Positions 1 to 9,290 of a DNA stretch of 37,514 nucleotides are shown here, one piece after another. Numbering within the stretch: the stretch's first letter is position 1; each line of letters starts with the position of its first letter. The position numbers and the translations under genes are program-made. Origin of the DNA: Promethearchaeota archaeon (GTDB taxonomy: Archaea > Asgardarchaeota > Hermodarchaeia > Hermodarchaeales > Hermodarchaeaceae); NCBI GenBank assembly GCA_048939245.1, contig JBHLPR010000019.1, positions 1-37,514 on the forward strand. Reading direction: 5' to 3'. Under the pieces are notes generated by a model. That model was given only the letters and a program-made list of their open reading frames with translations. It made no database searches and was not told the origin of the DNA.

Positions 1-827
1 AAGTCCTGAACTTGTTCAGGTAGAACAAGTGAGAAAGCATTTTCGCCAAATATTGCCGTGCTACAGGTGAATCCTGCCCTGTCAGTTTCTTTCAGGACTC
101 TCTTTACTCGATTAGTGATAAGGCCAATGTGTTCTGCGAAATGTCGGGAAAAATCCATAAGGTTAGATGCGGTTGGGTTGGCTTGAAGGGCCTCTGTCAG
201 AAGTCCTCCTCTTTCATTAATGCGCTTACGTGAAGCTGGATCATTCAAATGTTTCGGCGTGGGAATAGGACCGAATGGTAAACATACTACCTGGTATTGA
301 TCACTCGAAGGCAGAGTTTGTACTTGGCCAACACCTGGTCCCCCAGGGCTGGTCCGAATTTCAATTCCTCCTACCATTTCCGCTACCACCGTACCTAATC
401 CGGTACGATTCTCAACCTCTACTAGGTGAGCAATTTGTGCTGCTTCTAGTTTAGTTAAGTCACATTCCAAGACGTCATTCAAAGCCAACGCTAAACTCAG
501 CGCAGCGGCTCCGCTTGTCCCAAATCCTGCACCAATTGGTAAATCAACCTGATGATGTATGTGAATGAGATAATTTTGGTCGGCTTTGAACTCAAGAAAA
601 TGAGTAAGGACTCCCTGGGAAACCGGAGCTTGGACGGAAGGATTTCCATTGATTTCAATGTGGCTGGCAGGGGACTTTGAGAATTTGGCTTTAACCGAGG
701 TTGTGACTCCTCTGCCCACTGAGACACCTGCTCCACGCGATCCTTTTTCCATTGGCTTCTCAAAATCATCGCAGATTTGAAAAAAACCTGTGATGTGCCC
801 AGGGGAAAACGCGCGACTATTCTTCAT
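1..827 (-). CDS. Pantoate kinase (GHMP family), paralog 1; 3' end runs off the window
   Basis: Not in the ORF track. Manual translation from ATG at 827 gives MKNSRAFSPGHITGFFQ...KGSRGAG...LPIGAGFGTSGAAAL...AHLVEVENRTGLGTV, i.e. PoK/GHMP motifs. Frame stays open to the window edge. Confidence 0.88.
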   Translation of the reverse strand, partial: MKNSRAFSPGHITGFFQICDDFEKPMEKGSRGAGVSVGRGVTTSVKAKFSKSPASHIEINGNPSVQAPVSQGVLTHFLEFKADQNYLIHIHHQVDLPIGAGFGTSGAAALSLALALNDVLECDLTKLEAAQIAHLVEVENRTGLGTVVAEMVGGIEIRTSPGGPGVGQVQTLPSSDQYQVVCLPFGPIPTPKHLNDPASRKRINERGGLLTEALQANPTASNLMDFSRHFAEHIGLITNRVKRVLKETDRAGFTCSTAIFGENAFSLVLPEQVQD

Positions 828-907
828 TTTTGGAGCCTGCCTTCGGTGCAGCTGGGATTGAGCTTTTATGTGCGTGGTGTCTATTGAGAAAATAAATATT
901 CTGTAAC

Positions 908-932
908 TGAAATTTAAATTATTTAAATTTCA
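908..932. promoter_or_regulatory. Perfect 12-1-12 palindrome (TGAAATTTAAAT-T-ATTTAAATTTCA); candidate operator or bidirectional promoter element
   Basis: Read directly. It lies almost midway between the two divergent kinase starts, and each arm contains TATA-like TTTAAAT. Confidence 0.6.
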
Positions 933-995
933 TACGGCTTTCCTCCCGGAACAAACCATCATTTGCCACTAGCTTAAAGAAGAATAGTTGGTCAA

Positions 996-1934
996 TTGTT
1001 TGAGTATATGAAGCGTGTATCTGCCTTCTGCCCAGCAGGAATATCTAGTTTCTTTCAAGCGGTTACCCCTGAAATGCCTCCCCAAGAAATGGAGGCTGCA
1101 TATAGAGTTGGGGCTAAAGGTGGAGGCTTCATATTAGAGAAAGGAGTCTATACACATACACAAGTTGAATCCGCTGATTCTAACCAAATAGAAGTCACAA
1201 TTAATGGTAAGAAAGCACCCGATGCTAAGGTAACACATGAAGTATGCCAGTTACTTCTTAGTCAAGTGGACGAAAACTTCTGCATCCATATCGATCACGA
1301 AGTGGAAGTCCCTATCGGGGCGGGTTATGGGGCAAGTGCCGCTGGGGCTGTTAGTACCGCTATGACCCTCAGTCGCCTTCTCGGAATGAATCTTACGTTA
1401 AATCGGATTGGACAGTTTGCGCATTTTGCTGAAATCCGCTGTGCAACTGGACTGGGAACTGTGAGCGGGGTCCTTCGTGGTGGCATGATCTTAATTTTGG
1501 AAGCGGGAGCACCTGGATATGATCGAGTAGATTGGTTACCCTTTGATGCCTCCTATCGGATAGTAACAGGAAGCTTCGCTCCAATCTCAAAGAAAGATAT
1601 TATTTTTTCAAAGGAAACATTAGTCGCCGTTAATCGAGAAGGCCAGGGTGTGTTAAAGCAAATTTTAGGTAATCCCGATCCTGTTCGATTCATGAGATTA
1701 TGTTCTGGGTTTGCAAAAAAAATTGGTTTTCTTTCTCAGCGAATTGCGAAGGTACTAAAGGTCGTCCTTGATGCTGGAGCACTTGGGGCGACGCAGAATA
1801 TGATTGGGGACGCCTTTCATGCCTTAGTCGATGTTGACGCAATTGATTCAGTGATGCATTCAGTAATGCATCTTTTTCCTCCCAATTCTCTATTCGTTTC
1901 CGGTTTATCCTTGGTTGGACCAAGATATAGATAA
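996..1934 (+). CDS. Pantoate-kinase-like GHMP kinase, paralog 2 (likely start ATG 1008)
   Basis: AFCPAGISSFF, GAKGGG, VPIGAGYGASAA (GHMP ATP loop), AHFAEIRCATGLGTV, QNMIG. Confidence 0.82.
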   Translation: MFEYMKRVSAFCPAGISSFFQAVTPEMPPQEMEAAYRVGAKGGGFILEKGVYTHTQVESADSNQIEVTINGKKAPDAKVTHEVCQLLLSQVDENFCIHIDHEVEVPIGAGYGASAAGAVSTAMTLSRLLGMNLTLNRIGQFAHFAEIRCATGLGTVSGVLRGGMILILEAGAPGYDRVDWLPFDASYRIVTGSFAPISKKDIIFSKETLVAVNREGQGVLKQILGNPDPVRFMRLCSGFAKKIGFLSQRIAKVLKVVLDAGALGATQNMIGDAFHALVDVDAIDSVMHSVMHLFPPNSLFVSGLSLVGPRYR

Positions 1935-2720
1935 ATGACGGTTTTCTCCCACTATTTGGGATGGATTCTTATGAGTGAATCATCAATTTTTATTCCTCAA
2001 ATGCCCAAAACAGTTCTCCTCTCAATTGCGGCCCTTATGACCGCTTTAGTCGCAGTCTTGACGGTCTCATTTCAAATAGCCGTTCCTGCAACTCAAGGGT
2101 ACTTCAACCTCGGTGAAGTTGGAGTATATATTACTGCCCTCTTATTTGGTCCCATTATTGGAGGTGTAGCAGGGGGTGTCGGGTCAATGATCGCTGATCT
2201 GGCGACAGGCTATGTACTCTATGCTCCTGGAACTCTCCTGATTAAAGGGTTTGAAGGATTTACTGTTGGTTATCTGAGTTGGGCTTTTAGAGAGCGGTTT
2301 GCACCAAAACAACTGCGTTATCTTGGAATTGGAATGGGGCTAGGTTTAGCTGTGTGCATGGTAGTTATTGGCGTTTTACGTTTTGGTGGAGAACTTGCCT
2401 CTTGGGGAAGTCCTTGGTGGGAAATTCCCTTCCTCCTTCCCTCTTGGGTTTGGTTTATACTAGCTATCTTTCTTGGATCAATGACCATTTTTCTTACACT
2501 TAGATACGATCCCAAAGTAGCTTGGAATATTACCTCGATGCTGATGGGTGGGGTCATAATAATAGCTGGCTATTTTCTCTATGAATTTTTCATCTTTCAA
2601 TATGCAGCCATCGCCGAATTGCCTATCAATTTCATGCAAGTGATGATGGGTATTTTGGTTGCACTCCCGATAACTGAACGGTTATTGCTTACTGTGAAGA
2701 ATTTAGGATGGATAGGTTAA
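1935..2720 (+). CDS. ECF transporter S component (substrate-binding membrane subunit; alternative start 1971)
   Basis: ALMTALV...PATQGYFNLGE...LLFGP..GG.AGGVGSMIADL..GY..YAPGTLLIKG.EG signature and multiple TM helices. Confidence 0.85.
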   Translation: MTVFSHYLGWILMSESSIFIPQMPKTVLLSIAALMTALVAVLTVSFQIAVPATQGYFNLGEVGVYITALLFGPIIGGVAGGVGSMIADLATGYVLYAPGTLLIKGFEGFTVGYLSWAFRERFAPKQLRYLGIGMGLGLAVCMVVIGVLRFGGELASWGSPWWEIPFLLPSWVWFILAIFLGSMTIFLTLRYDPKVAWNITSMLMGGVIIIAGYFLYEFFIFQYAAIAELPINFMQVMMGILVALPITERLLLTVKNLGWIG

Positions 2721-2788
2721 TCCTAATACTTAGCGCAGATTTTTAGGCAGTCGAATCAAGTGTTAATTCCAATATCAACTGCTATTCT

Positions 2789-3193
2789 GTGTTGTCTATG
2801 ACTGAGCCACCCGACATTGAAGACCCAATGGAAGCGATTATGCAGATTCTTCGGGAGGCAGAACAAAGTGTAGATGGAATTCAAGGTGTAGCAGTGGTAT
2901 CTACTGATGGATTACCAATGGCTAGTGCATTTGATGGGAAAATTGAAGAGGCTGAACTTGCCGCGTTGGCTTCTTCCATGCTCTCCATTGGATCAACGGC
3001 AATGGAAAATCTCAAGAAAGGCGAACTTGATAACATCTATGTGAAATGTGATCGTGGGTATATTCTTCTTCGTTATAGTGGGCCTTTAGCTGTCATCTTA
3101 TTCATTACCGAAAAAAATGCCCGGTTAGGTCCTTTACTGCTTGAACTTAAACGAACTGCAGCTCGTCTTGAAAAAATGTTGAGTTTTGGTTAA
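2789..3193 (+). CDS. Roadblock/LC7 (MglB-like) domain protein
   Basis: GIQGVAVVSTDGLPMAS...LAALASSMLSIG...GEL...GYILL...ARLGPLLLELK roadblock pattern. Confidence 0.9.
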   Translation: MLSMTEPPDIEDPMEAIMQILREAEQSVDGIQGVAVVSTDGLPMASAFDGKIEEAELAALASSMLSIGSTAMENLKKGELDNIYVKCDRGYILLRYSGPLAVILFITEKNARLGPLLLELKRTAARLEKMLSFG

Positions 3194-3210
3194 TGAATTT
3201 GGGTAGCTGC

Positions 3211-3969
3211 TTAGAATCCTAAATGTTGAATTATTTCGTCGACTCCATTGTCGTTTCGAATGCTGGTTCGGAAGACTTTGAGATTGGGGTTTACCTGTTT
3301 TGCATCGCGTTCGAGTTGATCAACATCCACTTCCATCACTTCAGCTAAATCGATTTTGTTAATTGCTAATATGTCTGCCTCGTGAAACATGACTGGGTGC
3401 TTCTGAATCATCCATGGTCCCTCTGTTACGCTAACGACAACTAATCGAAGGTGACTTCCAAGGGGAAAATCAGCAGGGCAGATGAGGTTACCAACATTTT
3501 CAATAATGATGATTTTGATTGAGCTAAGATCAACCGAATCAAGGGCTTTCTTAATTAATTTTGCATCAAGGTGGCATTCAACACCCGTATTGACCTGAAT
3601 TGTTTTCACACCATGTTTTGCAATACGATCTGCATCAATGGTTGTTGTAACATCCCCTGCGATAACCAATATCTCGTCTCGACGGTGTGCAAGTTTCTGT
3701 GAAATGGCTTCAACTAATGAAGTTTTTCCTGAACCAACGCTACCTAAAATGTTAATTGCGTGGATGCCGTGGGCATCAAAATACTGAAGATTTTCTAAAG
3801 CCAATGATTTATTTCGGTCCATGAAATTTTCTTCTATAGTGATATCAATAGTATCTGAACTTGGGGGGTGTGAATGTCCATGATTATGTCCATGAGGATG
3901 AGTATGATGGTGTTCCCCTTCGTCGGGTGTTATGATTGTTCGCTTTTTCTCTTCATCTTTTAGTCCCAT
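3211..3969 (-). CDS. hypB: Hydrogenase nickel incorporation GTPase HypB with His-rich N-terminus
   Basis: GSVGSGKT P-loop, ECHLDA, ENVGNLICPADFPLG, SVTEG, NKID; N-terminal HHHTHPHGHNHGHSH. Confidence 0.93.
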   Translation of the reverse strand: MGLKDEEKKRTIITPDEGEHHHTHPHGHNHGHSHPPSSDTIDITIEENFMDRNKSLALENLQYFDAHGIHAINILGSVGSGKTSLVEAISQKLAHRRDEILVIAGDVTTTIDADRIAKHGVKTIQVNTGVECHLDAKLIKKALDSVDLSSIKIIIIENVGNLICPADFPLGSHLRLVVVSVTEGPWMIQKHPVMFHEADILAINKIDLAEVMEVDVDQLERDAKQVNPNLKVFRTSIRNDNGVDEIIQHLGF

Positions 3970-4102
3970 TGTTAGACCTCCTGGTGTGTTGGCTTATCCA
4001 TTATCTGTGCCTTTTGAATTCTTCCTTTCCTCTATTAATCTGATAATAAACCGACTAAAATCTTGGCTTTTTTAAATATATAGAAGTTGCACTTCATAAT
4101 GA

Positions 4103-4915
4103 GTGGTTGGAGGTATTTTGGTGCAGGCTTTTCATATTACTGAAACCCGAGCTATTGTCCCAGTTACACGAAAGTTGACGCAGCTGCGATATACTTTGGA
4201 TGATATTGCGGGACCTGCTGTATCTAGTGATGAGGATGCAGACTCAGCAGGTAAACGTGGTCGAATGAGCACTCGACGCATTGGACAACTGCTTCCCAAT
4301 GCAGTCTTACAATGTCAAAAGGCATCATCGAATTTTATCGAATTGACTCTTTCTTATGATCGGATTATCAAAATTCCGGAAATACGAGGACGTGAAAGGC
4401 GCTACCGTTTTGTTCCATACTCAGTAACTTCACCAATCCTTTGGCGTCCTGAAACAGGATTTTGCTTCATAATGGATGTTCCCAGCCGTGCTGTCTCAGC
4501 TGCAACATGGCTATTGTCCTCTGCGGTTCTCGGCTATCCTGGAAGATTATCTCCCTTTGAAATTGACACCAAGAAAATGCAAAAGGTAATTCGAAATCTC
4601 ACCGATTCCACAAAGGGTGGTCATGGTGAATTAGTTCGTGCAATATTTCGAGACATTGAGTTCGATGGGAGTTACTTTGATGAAATAAATATTCGAGCGC
4701 GTGATTTGAACAAGGTGGATCTCTACAAGGATATTCAAAAGACTGCTACGATAATTCATGCAATCAGTTTTGTCACTCCCATGATTGATGATGTTGGTCG
4801 ATCACTTTCTTGCCGAATAGATCAAACAGGATCTGTTCAGATTTATTCACCCCGTCTTTCTAATGACGCCCTTCGTGCACTTGTTCTCTGGTTCGAGGAC
4901 ATGCTTGCGAAGTAA
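4103..4915 (+). CDS. Hypothetical protein (likely start near 4118-4121)
   Basis: 270-aa ORF with a GGAGGT SD just before TTG/GTG; no family confidently recognised. Confidence 0.75.
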   Translation: MVGGILVQAFHITETRAIVPVTRKLTQLRYTLDDIAGPAVSSDEDADSAGKRGRMSTRRIGQLLPNAVLQCQKASSNFIELTLSYDRIIKIPEIRGRERRYRFVPYSVTSPILWRPETGFCFIMDVPSRAVSAATWLLSSAVLGYPGRLSPFEIDTKKMQKVIRNLTDSTKGGHGELVRAIFRDIEFDGSYFDEINIRARDLNKVDLYKDIQKTATIIHAISFVTPMIDDVGRSLSCRIDQTGSVQIYSPRLSNDALRALVLWFEDMLAK

Positions 4916-4991
4916 TCTAAAGACGGTTATTCAATCCACTGGTATCCACTAAGCTTATTTGTATTGAATTAAAGATAAGAATCACCGCCAC

Positions 4992-5897
4992 GTGAGGACA
5001 ATAGACATGGTCATAGTCACAAGTGGAAGTCCTTCTAAATATCTCGCTTGGAATGTTGCCCAATCACTCAAGGCTAATTATCTCAATACTGAAGTAAAGC
5101 ATTTCCCCGATGGGGAAACCTATATTCGATTTGAAGGTGAGGTAACAAAAGAAGAGGTAATCATAATCCAATCTCTGGCACTAAAACCAAATGATTATCT
5201 CATGGAACTTTTTCTCATGCTCGATGCTCTCAAAGACCTCAAAGCAAAACGCGTAATCACAGTCTTACCATATTTTGCCTATGCTAGACAAGATGAACGC
5301 TTCAAGCCAGGTGAAGCTGTCAGCCTAAAAACCGTGAGTCGTCTCATTGAAGCCGCTGGTTCCGACTATATCTTCACAATCGACTCTCATCGCCACCGGG
5401 TTGTTGACCAAGATAATCTCACAACGGTCCCGCTACATGATCTTACAGCAATGAGGGAATTAGCTCAACACATGAATAATAAACACACACTTCACAATCC
5501 GGCTGTCATCGGACCAGACGCTGAAGCAGGGGCGTGGGCAAAAATAGCAGCTGATGCACTCTCTGTTGACTATGATGCTCTTGAAAAGAAACGCTACGAC
5601 GCAGAAACAGTAGAAATAAAGCCTCGAAAACTAGACCTCAAAGGACGGGACGTAGTAATTGTCGACGACATCATCAGCACAGGTAATACCATTATTAAAG
5701 CAATTGATGTGCTGAAAAAAAACGGTGCAAAAAACATCTACGTTGCTTGCACGCACCCCCTTCTTGTCTTAAATGCACTCGTTCGAATTTACAGCGCAGG
5801 GGCCCTTGATGTTGTCGGGACAGACACTGTACCCTCAGCTATTAGTCACGTTTCAGTCGCGCCTGTCATTGCTGACGCTATAAAGAAGCTAAAGTAA
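4992..5897 (+). CDS. prs: Ribose-phosphate pyrophosphokinase
   Basis: FPDGE, PYFAYARQD, GPDA, VVIVDDIISTGNT PRPP-binding motif. Confidence 0.95.
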   Translation: MRTIDMVIVTSGSPSKYLAWNVAQSLKANYLNTEVKHFPDGETYIRFEGEVTKEEVIIIQSLALKPNDYLMELFLMLDALKDLKAKRVITVLPYFAYARQDERFKPGEAVSLKTVSRLIEAAGSDYIFTIDSHRHRVVDQDNLTTVPLHDLTAMRELAQHMNNKHTLHNPAVIGPDAEAGAWAKIAADALSVDYDALEKKRYDAETVEIKPRKLDLKGRDVVIVDDIISTGNTIIKAIDVLKKNGAKNIYVACTHPLLVLNALVRIYSAGALDVVGTDTVPSAISHVSVAPVIADAIKKLK

Positions 5898-5900
5898 CTG

Positions 5901-6164
5901 GTGAAATCCTGGATGTCAAAACCTCCTCGCAAATTTTGGAAAGCCCTTAAATGCCCTATATGTGGTGAACGTGCCGTCTTCTATGTCACTATGGATGCAG
6001 TGAAGGATGCAACTCAATATCCAGTACCTTTTAACGTCATCCACGAAGATCATAATTTTACAATATTCCTTGATTCCGGATTACTTATTAGCCGTATAGA
6101 AGAACCAACACCAACCTCCACTCCAGCACCAACAAAGAAAACCAAGAGCAAAAAGACTAAATAA
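5901..6164 (+). CDS. Small putative Zn-binding protein (CxxC...HxxH)
   Basis: CPICG...IHEDH and a basic tail; starts 3 nt after the prs stop. Confidence 0.7.
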   Translation: MKSWMSKPPRKFWKALKCPICGERAVFYVTMDAVKDATQYPVPFNVIHEDHNFTIFLDSGLLISRIEEPTPTSTPAPTKKTKSKKTK

Positions 6165-6191
6165 GAACACTTCAACTTTTTTTACGCTGGA

Positions 6192-6318
6192 AGCCCGGTA
6201 GTGTAGATAACTCACCGCTGAGTATGCACTTTGGTCAATCATCCGAGGCTCTGGTTCACATCCCTACATTGTGAAGAGAAACCTTGGGACCGCGGTTCGA
6301 ATCCGCGCCGGGCTACCA
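6192..6318 (+). tRNA. tRNA-Gln(CUG) with two introns (D-loop ~6207-6231; canonical 37/38 at 6255-6280) and encoded CCA
   Basis: Acceptor stem AGCCCGG/CCGGGCT-ACCA; T-arm CGCGG-TTCGAAT-CCGCG; anticodon stem CGAGG/CCTTG around CT-CTG-G. The canonical intron forms a BHB (CTCT/AGAG helix, TCACA/TGTGA stem). Confidence 0.92.
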
Positions 6319-6333
6319 CTCTCTTCTCCAATG

Positions 6334-6882
6334 TTATCGGTCAAAGAATGGACTCTTTCCAGTAGCTGCAAGAGGGATGGCAATGAGGATTGTGCACTCA
6401 GGCATTAATTTCAACCGATAAGCTGCTGCTCCTGCACGGAAAAAGATACGATTGTCCACATTATGGATTTGAGCAGTTTTTACAGCACTCCCCAAAGCAA
6501 TCCCCATATCTATCGCCTTGATTACACAATTGGGTCCAGCAAAGAAACGTCCTTCATTTCGTCCCTCCTTAAGCATGTGCGCACAATCTTCAAACCCACA
6601 AGCCCCACATTGTGTATCTACAGCTGTGGGTCCTTTGAGTCCAATAAGAACCAGGACTGGACACTTTTCCACGTTCTTTGCGTCACGGGTCCAATGATCA
6701 TCAGGATTCTTGGCCATTTCATACATTTCTTTGGCGACAGCATCCTTGTCTTTCCCTGTCAGAATCATTGATTCTAGATCATCTATTCCACGACCCTTTG
6801 GTGCCGTACGTGCTGCCAATAACATAAGTCGAGCAACATCTAAGACTGCTTTAGTTTCTTCTTCTGAGCCAGTAATTCGCAT
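6334..6882 (-). CDS. DUF2148-type ferredoxin-domain / nitroreductase-like Fe-S protein
   Basis: AARTAPKGRG.D, RDA.NV, CGACGFEDC, GPNC, DMGIALGSAVK.A....VDNRI. Confidence 0.85.
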   Translation of the reverse strand: MRITGSEEETKAVLDVARLMLLAARTAPKGRGIDDLESMILTGKDKDAVAKEMYEMAKNPDDHWTRDAKNVEKCPVLVLIGLKGPTAVDTQCGACGFEDCAHMLKEGRNEGRFFAGPNCVIKAIDMGIALGSAVKTAQIHNVDNRIFFRAGAAAYRLKLMPECTILIAIPLAATGKSPFFDR

Positions 6883-6975
6883 GGAAACACCAGCTCATCC
6901 TGGGGCGTATTCTAATTTTAGGCTTTACCTTCAACGGCTAGGATTATATGCAGATTCATCCATGACTCCTAACCG

Positions 6976-8187
6976 ATGGCTGATACAACATATGATGTAA
7001 TAATCGTAGGCGCTGGTCCTTCAGGTCTTCTAGCAGCTGAAACCCTTGCAAAACAAGGAAAAAATGTGGTCGTCCTCGAAAAAGATCAAATTCCAGGGAA
7101 AGACAAACCGTGTGGTGGATTTCTTACCTTAAAGGGTGTACAAGAGGGTCAAATTCCAATTAGCCATGCTGAAAGGATTACAAGGGGAATTTCTCTCGTA
7201 ATACCTTATTCTCCAATATATCATGTTGATTATCCGACTCCCGTTGGAATTCAAATTACTCGAGAAGCACTCGGTCGTCATCTATGTCAACGGGCTGAGG
7301 CTGTCGGTGCGAAGGTCCTTCTTCAGCATCAGGTAATCAATTGTCTAAGAGAGGATGGGTTATGGCGGATAATCAGTAGGGGAAGAACAGAAGAACTTCA
7401 AGGCACACTGCTTATTGGGGCTGATGGCGTCAACTCAACAGTTGCTCGGCAGGTCGGAATACGACCCCGGTTTAGGAAGGACCAACTCGGTCTTACAGTT
7501 CAGGTGCATATTGCTTTACCTGAGGAAGAGATTACCAAACGATTCGGAGAGCGCATGGAACTATATTATGGAAGAGATGTGTGTCCCTACGGTTATCTTT
7601 GGATTTTTCCCAAACGCAATGTAGTGTATGTAGGCGTTGGTTCTCTACTTAGTGCTGTGACTGATCGGTTAGAACGATATCTAGACCGATTCATTGAAGC
7701 CCATCCCAGAGGAAAAATTCAGCTTGCTGGTGGTACGCTTCAGATGAAAGAAAGGGCGTTAGTGCCACTAACTTTCGAACGTCCATCCATTGCAAACGGA
7801 GTTCTATTAGTCGGAGATGCGGCAGGACACTGTAGTGCGATTACTGGCGAGGGAATCCATTATGCTTTAATGGCAGGCATGCTTGCAGGTGAAATAGCAA
7901 CAAAAGCATTGGACAAAGGTGACACTAGTACTCGATACTTGCAGCAGTACGAGAACCGTTGGCAACAGCTTTTTGGGAGTGATCTCAAATGGGGTCTTCG
8001 TCTCCGCAATTATTTCTATCGAAGTTTAACCTCTCTAGACGTAAGTTCTGGGCTGGCATCAAATCAGCGGTTCCTCAAACTTGCCGCTGATCTCATTGTA
8101 GGAATACGACCTTATAGAGACACCATATTACGTACTATTCCCTTTTACCTTTGGCAGCGGTTCAAACGAGCAATTTCCCTTGAATAA
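6976..8187 (+). CDS. Geranylgeranyl-reductase-family FAD oxidoreductase (LipT-like by context)
   Basis: GAGPSG, KPCGG, GADG, GYLWIFPK, LVGDAAG...GEGI; immediately upstream of the lipS2-lpl-lipS1 genes. Confidence 0.88.
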   Translation: MADTTYDVIIVGAGPSGLLAAETLAKQGKNVVVLEKDQIPGKDKPCGGFLTLKGVQEGQIPISHAERITRGISLVIPYSPIYHVDYPTPVGIQITREALGRHLCQRAEAVGAKVLLQHQVINCLREDGLWRIISRGRTEELQGTLLIGADGVNSTVARQVGIRPRFRKDQLGLTVQVHIALPEEEITKRFGERMELYYGRDVCPYGYLWIFPKRNVVYVGVGSLLSAVTDRLERYLDRFIEAHPRGKIQLAGGTLQMKERALVPLTFERPSIANGVLLVGDAAGHCSAITGEGIHYALMAGMLAGEIATKALDKGDTSTRYLQQYENRWQQLFGSDLKWGLRLRNYFYRSLTSLDVSSGLASNQRFLKLAADLIVGIRPYRDTILRTIPFYLWQRFKRAISLE

Positions 8188-8291
8188 TTGATAATATCCG
8201 AAAATCATAAACCCGAAAGCCTAATTTTTCTTGTTTACCTGCTATCTAACATAACAGAAGGTTTCAGTAATTCCTCGGTGAGGAAGGATTC

Positions 8292-9287
8292 TTGTCGAAA
8301 TTTATTAGGCTTTCAGTTGGAACAGCGGCACTTCTTGGACTTGTTCAATGTAGATTAGATGCCCAGCCTAAAACCGCCTACACAATGATGTTCACAAAAT
8401 CACGTTGCAGTGCCAATTGTGCGTTTTGTGCTCAAGCACGAGAAAGTAGTGCAAAAGCTAGCCAGCTTTCTCGTGTGACATGGCCTACTTATACCCTCAC
8501 CCAATTTATTGAAAGCATAACCCAGAATGGTATCAATTTTCCTTTTAACCGCCTATGTATTCAAACTATTTGTTATCCAACCCTTGTTAAAGATTTGAAG
8601 TACCTCATTGCACTCTTCAAGAACTATTTACCCACCATTCCCCTCTCCCTTGCGTTACCCCCTCTAAGTACAAATGACTTCCAAGATTTTTACAACTTGG
8701 GCGTTGATAGAGTCGCTGTTTCACTTGACACAATCACAACTGAATTATTTGAACACTATAAAGGCTCAGGAATGGGTGGTTCGTTTTCTTGGTCCACACA
8801 TCACCAGGCTTTGGAATCTGCCCGCGCAATCTTTGGACCAAATCATACAACTACCCATCTCGTCATCGGATTAGGAGAGACGGAATTCCAAACCGTATTT
8901 CTGCTTCAAGATCTAGTCAATAAGGACATCACAGTTGGACTATTTCCTTTTACACCGATCAGTGGAACATCATTAGAGAATAAGGCACGTCCAGCACTTG
9001 ATCACTATCGTCGTATTCAATTAGCCCACTATTTGGTTCAGAACCGTCTTGTAAACGCCCAACAGATGCAATTTAATTCGTCAAATCAGCTTACGGATCT
9101 TGGTCTCTCCAAAGAGAGGTTAATTGATATAATCGCACGAGGGAAGGCTTTTCAAACTACTGGCTGCCCTTCGTGTAACCGTCCATTCTACACAGAACAA
9201 CCAGGAGGCCCGTTATTTAACTACCCTTATCCTCCCAATGAAGAAGCAATTAAAGAAATCGAAGCCCAACTAGCAGGAGTCCTCTAA
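8292..9287 (+). CDS. lipS2: Radical SAM lipoyl synthase component LipS2
   Basis: CSANCAFC radical-SAM motif and C-terminal TTGCPSCNRP, matching the LipS2 TxGCPxC(N/D)RP motif; adjacent to a lipoate ligase. Confidence 0.85.
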   Translation: MSKFIRLSVGTAALLGLVQCRLDAQPKTAYTMMFTKSRCSANCAFCAQARESSAKASQLSRVTWPTYTLTQFIESITQNGINFPFNRLCIQTICYPTLVKDLKYLIALFKNYLPTIPLSLALPPLSTNDFQDFYNLGVDRVAVSLDTITTELFEHYKGSGMGGSFSWSTHHQALESARAIFGPNHTTTHLVIGLGETEFQTVFLLQDLVNKDITVGLFPFTPISGTSLENKARPALDHYRRIQLAHYLVQNRLVNAQQMQFNSSNQLTDLGLSKERLIDIIARGKAFQTTGCPSCNRPFYTEQPGGPLFNYPYPPNEEAIKEIEAQLAGVL

Positions 9288-9290
9288 CCA

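Noticed and set aside
497-769. 90-aa minus-strand ORF
   Set aside because: Out-of-frame overlap within the pantoate kinase CDS (1-827).
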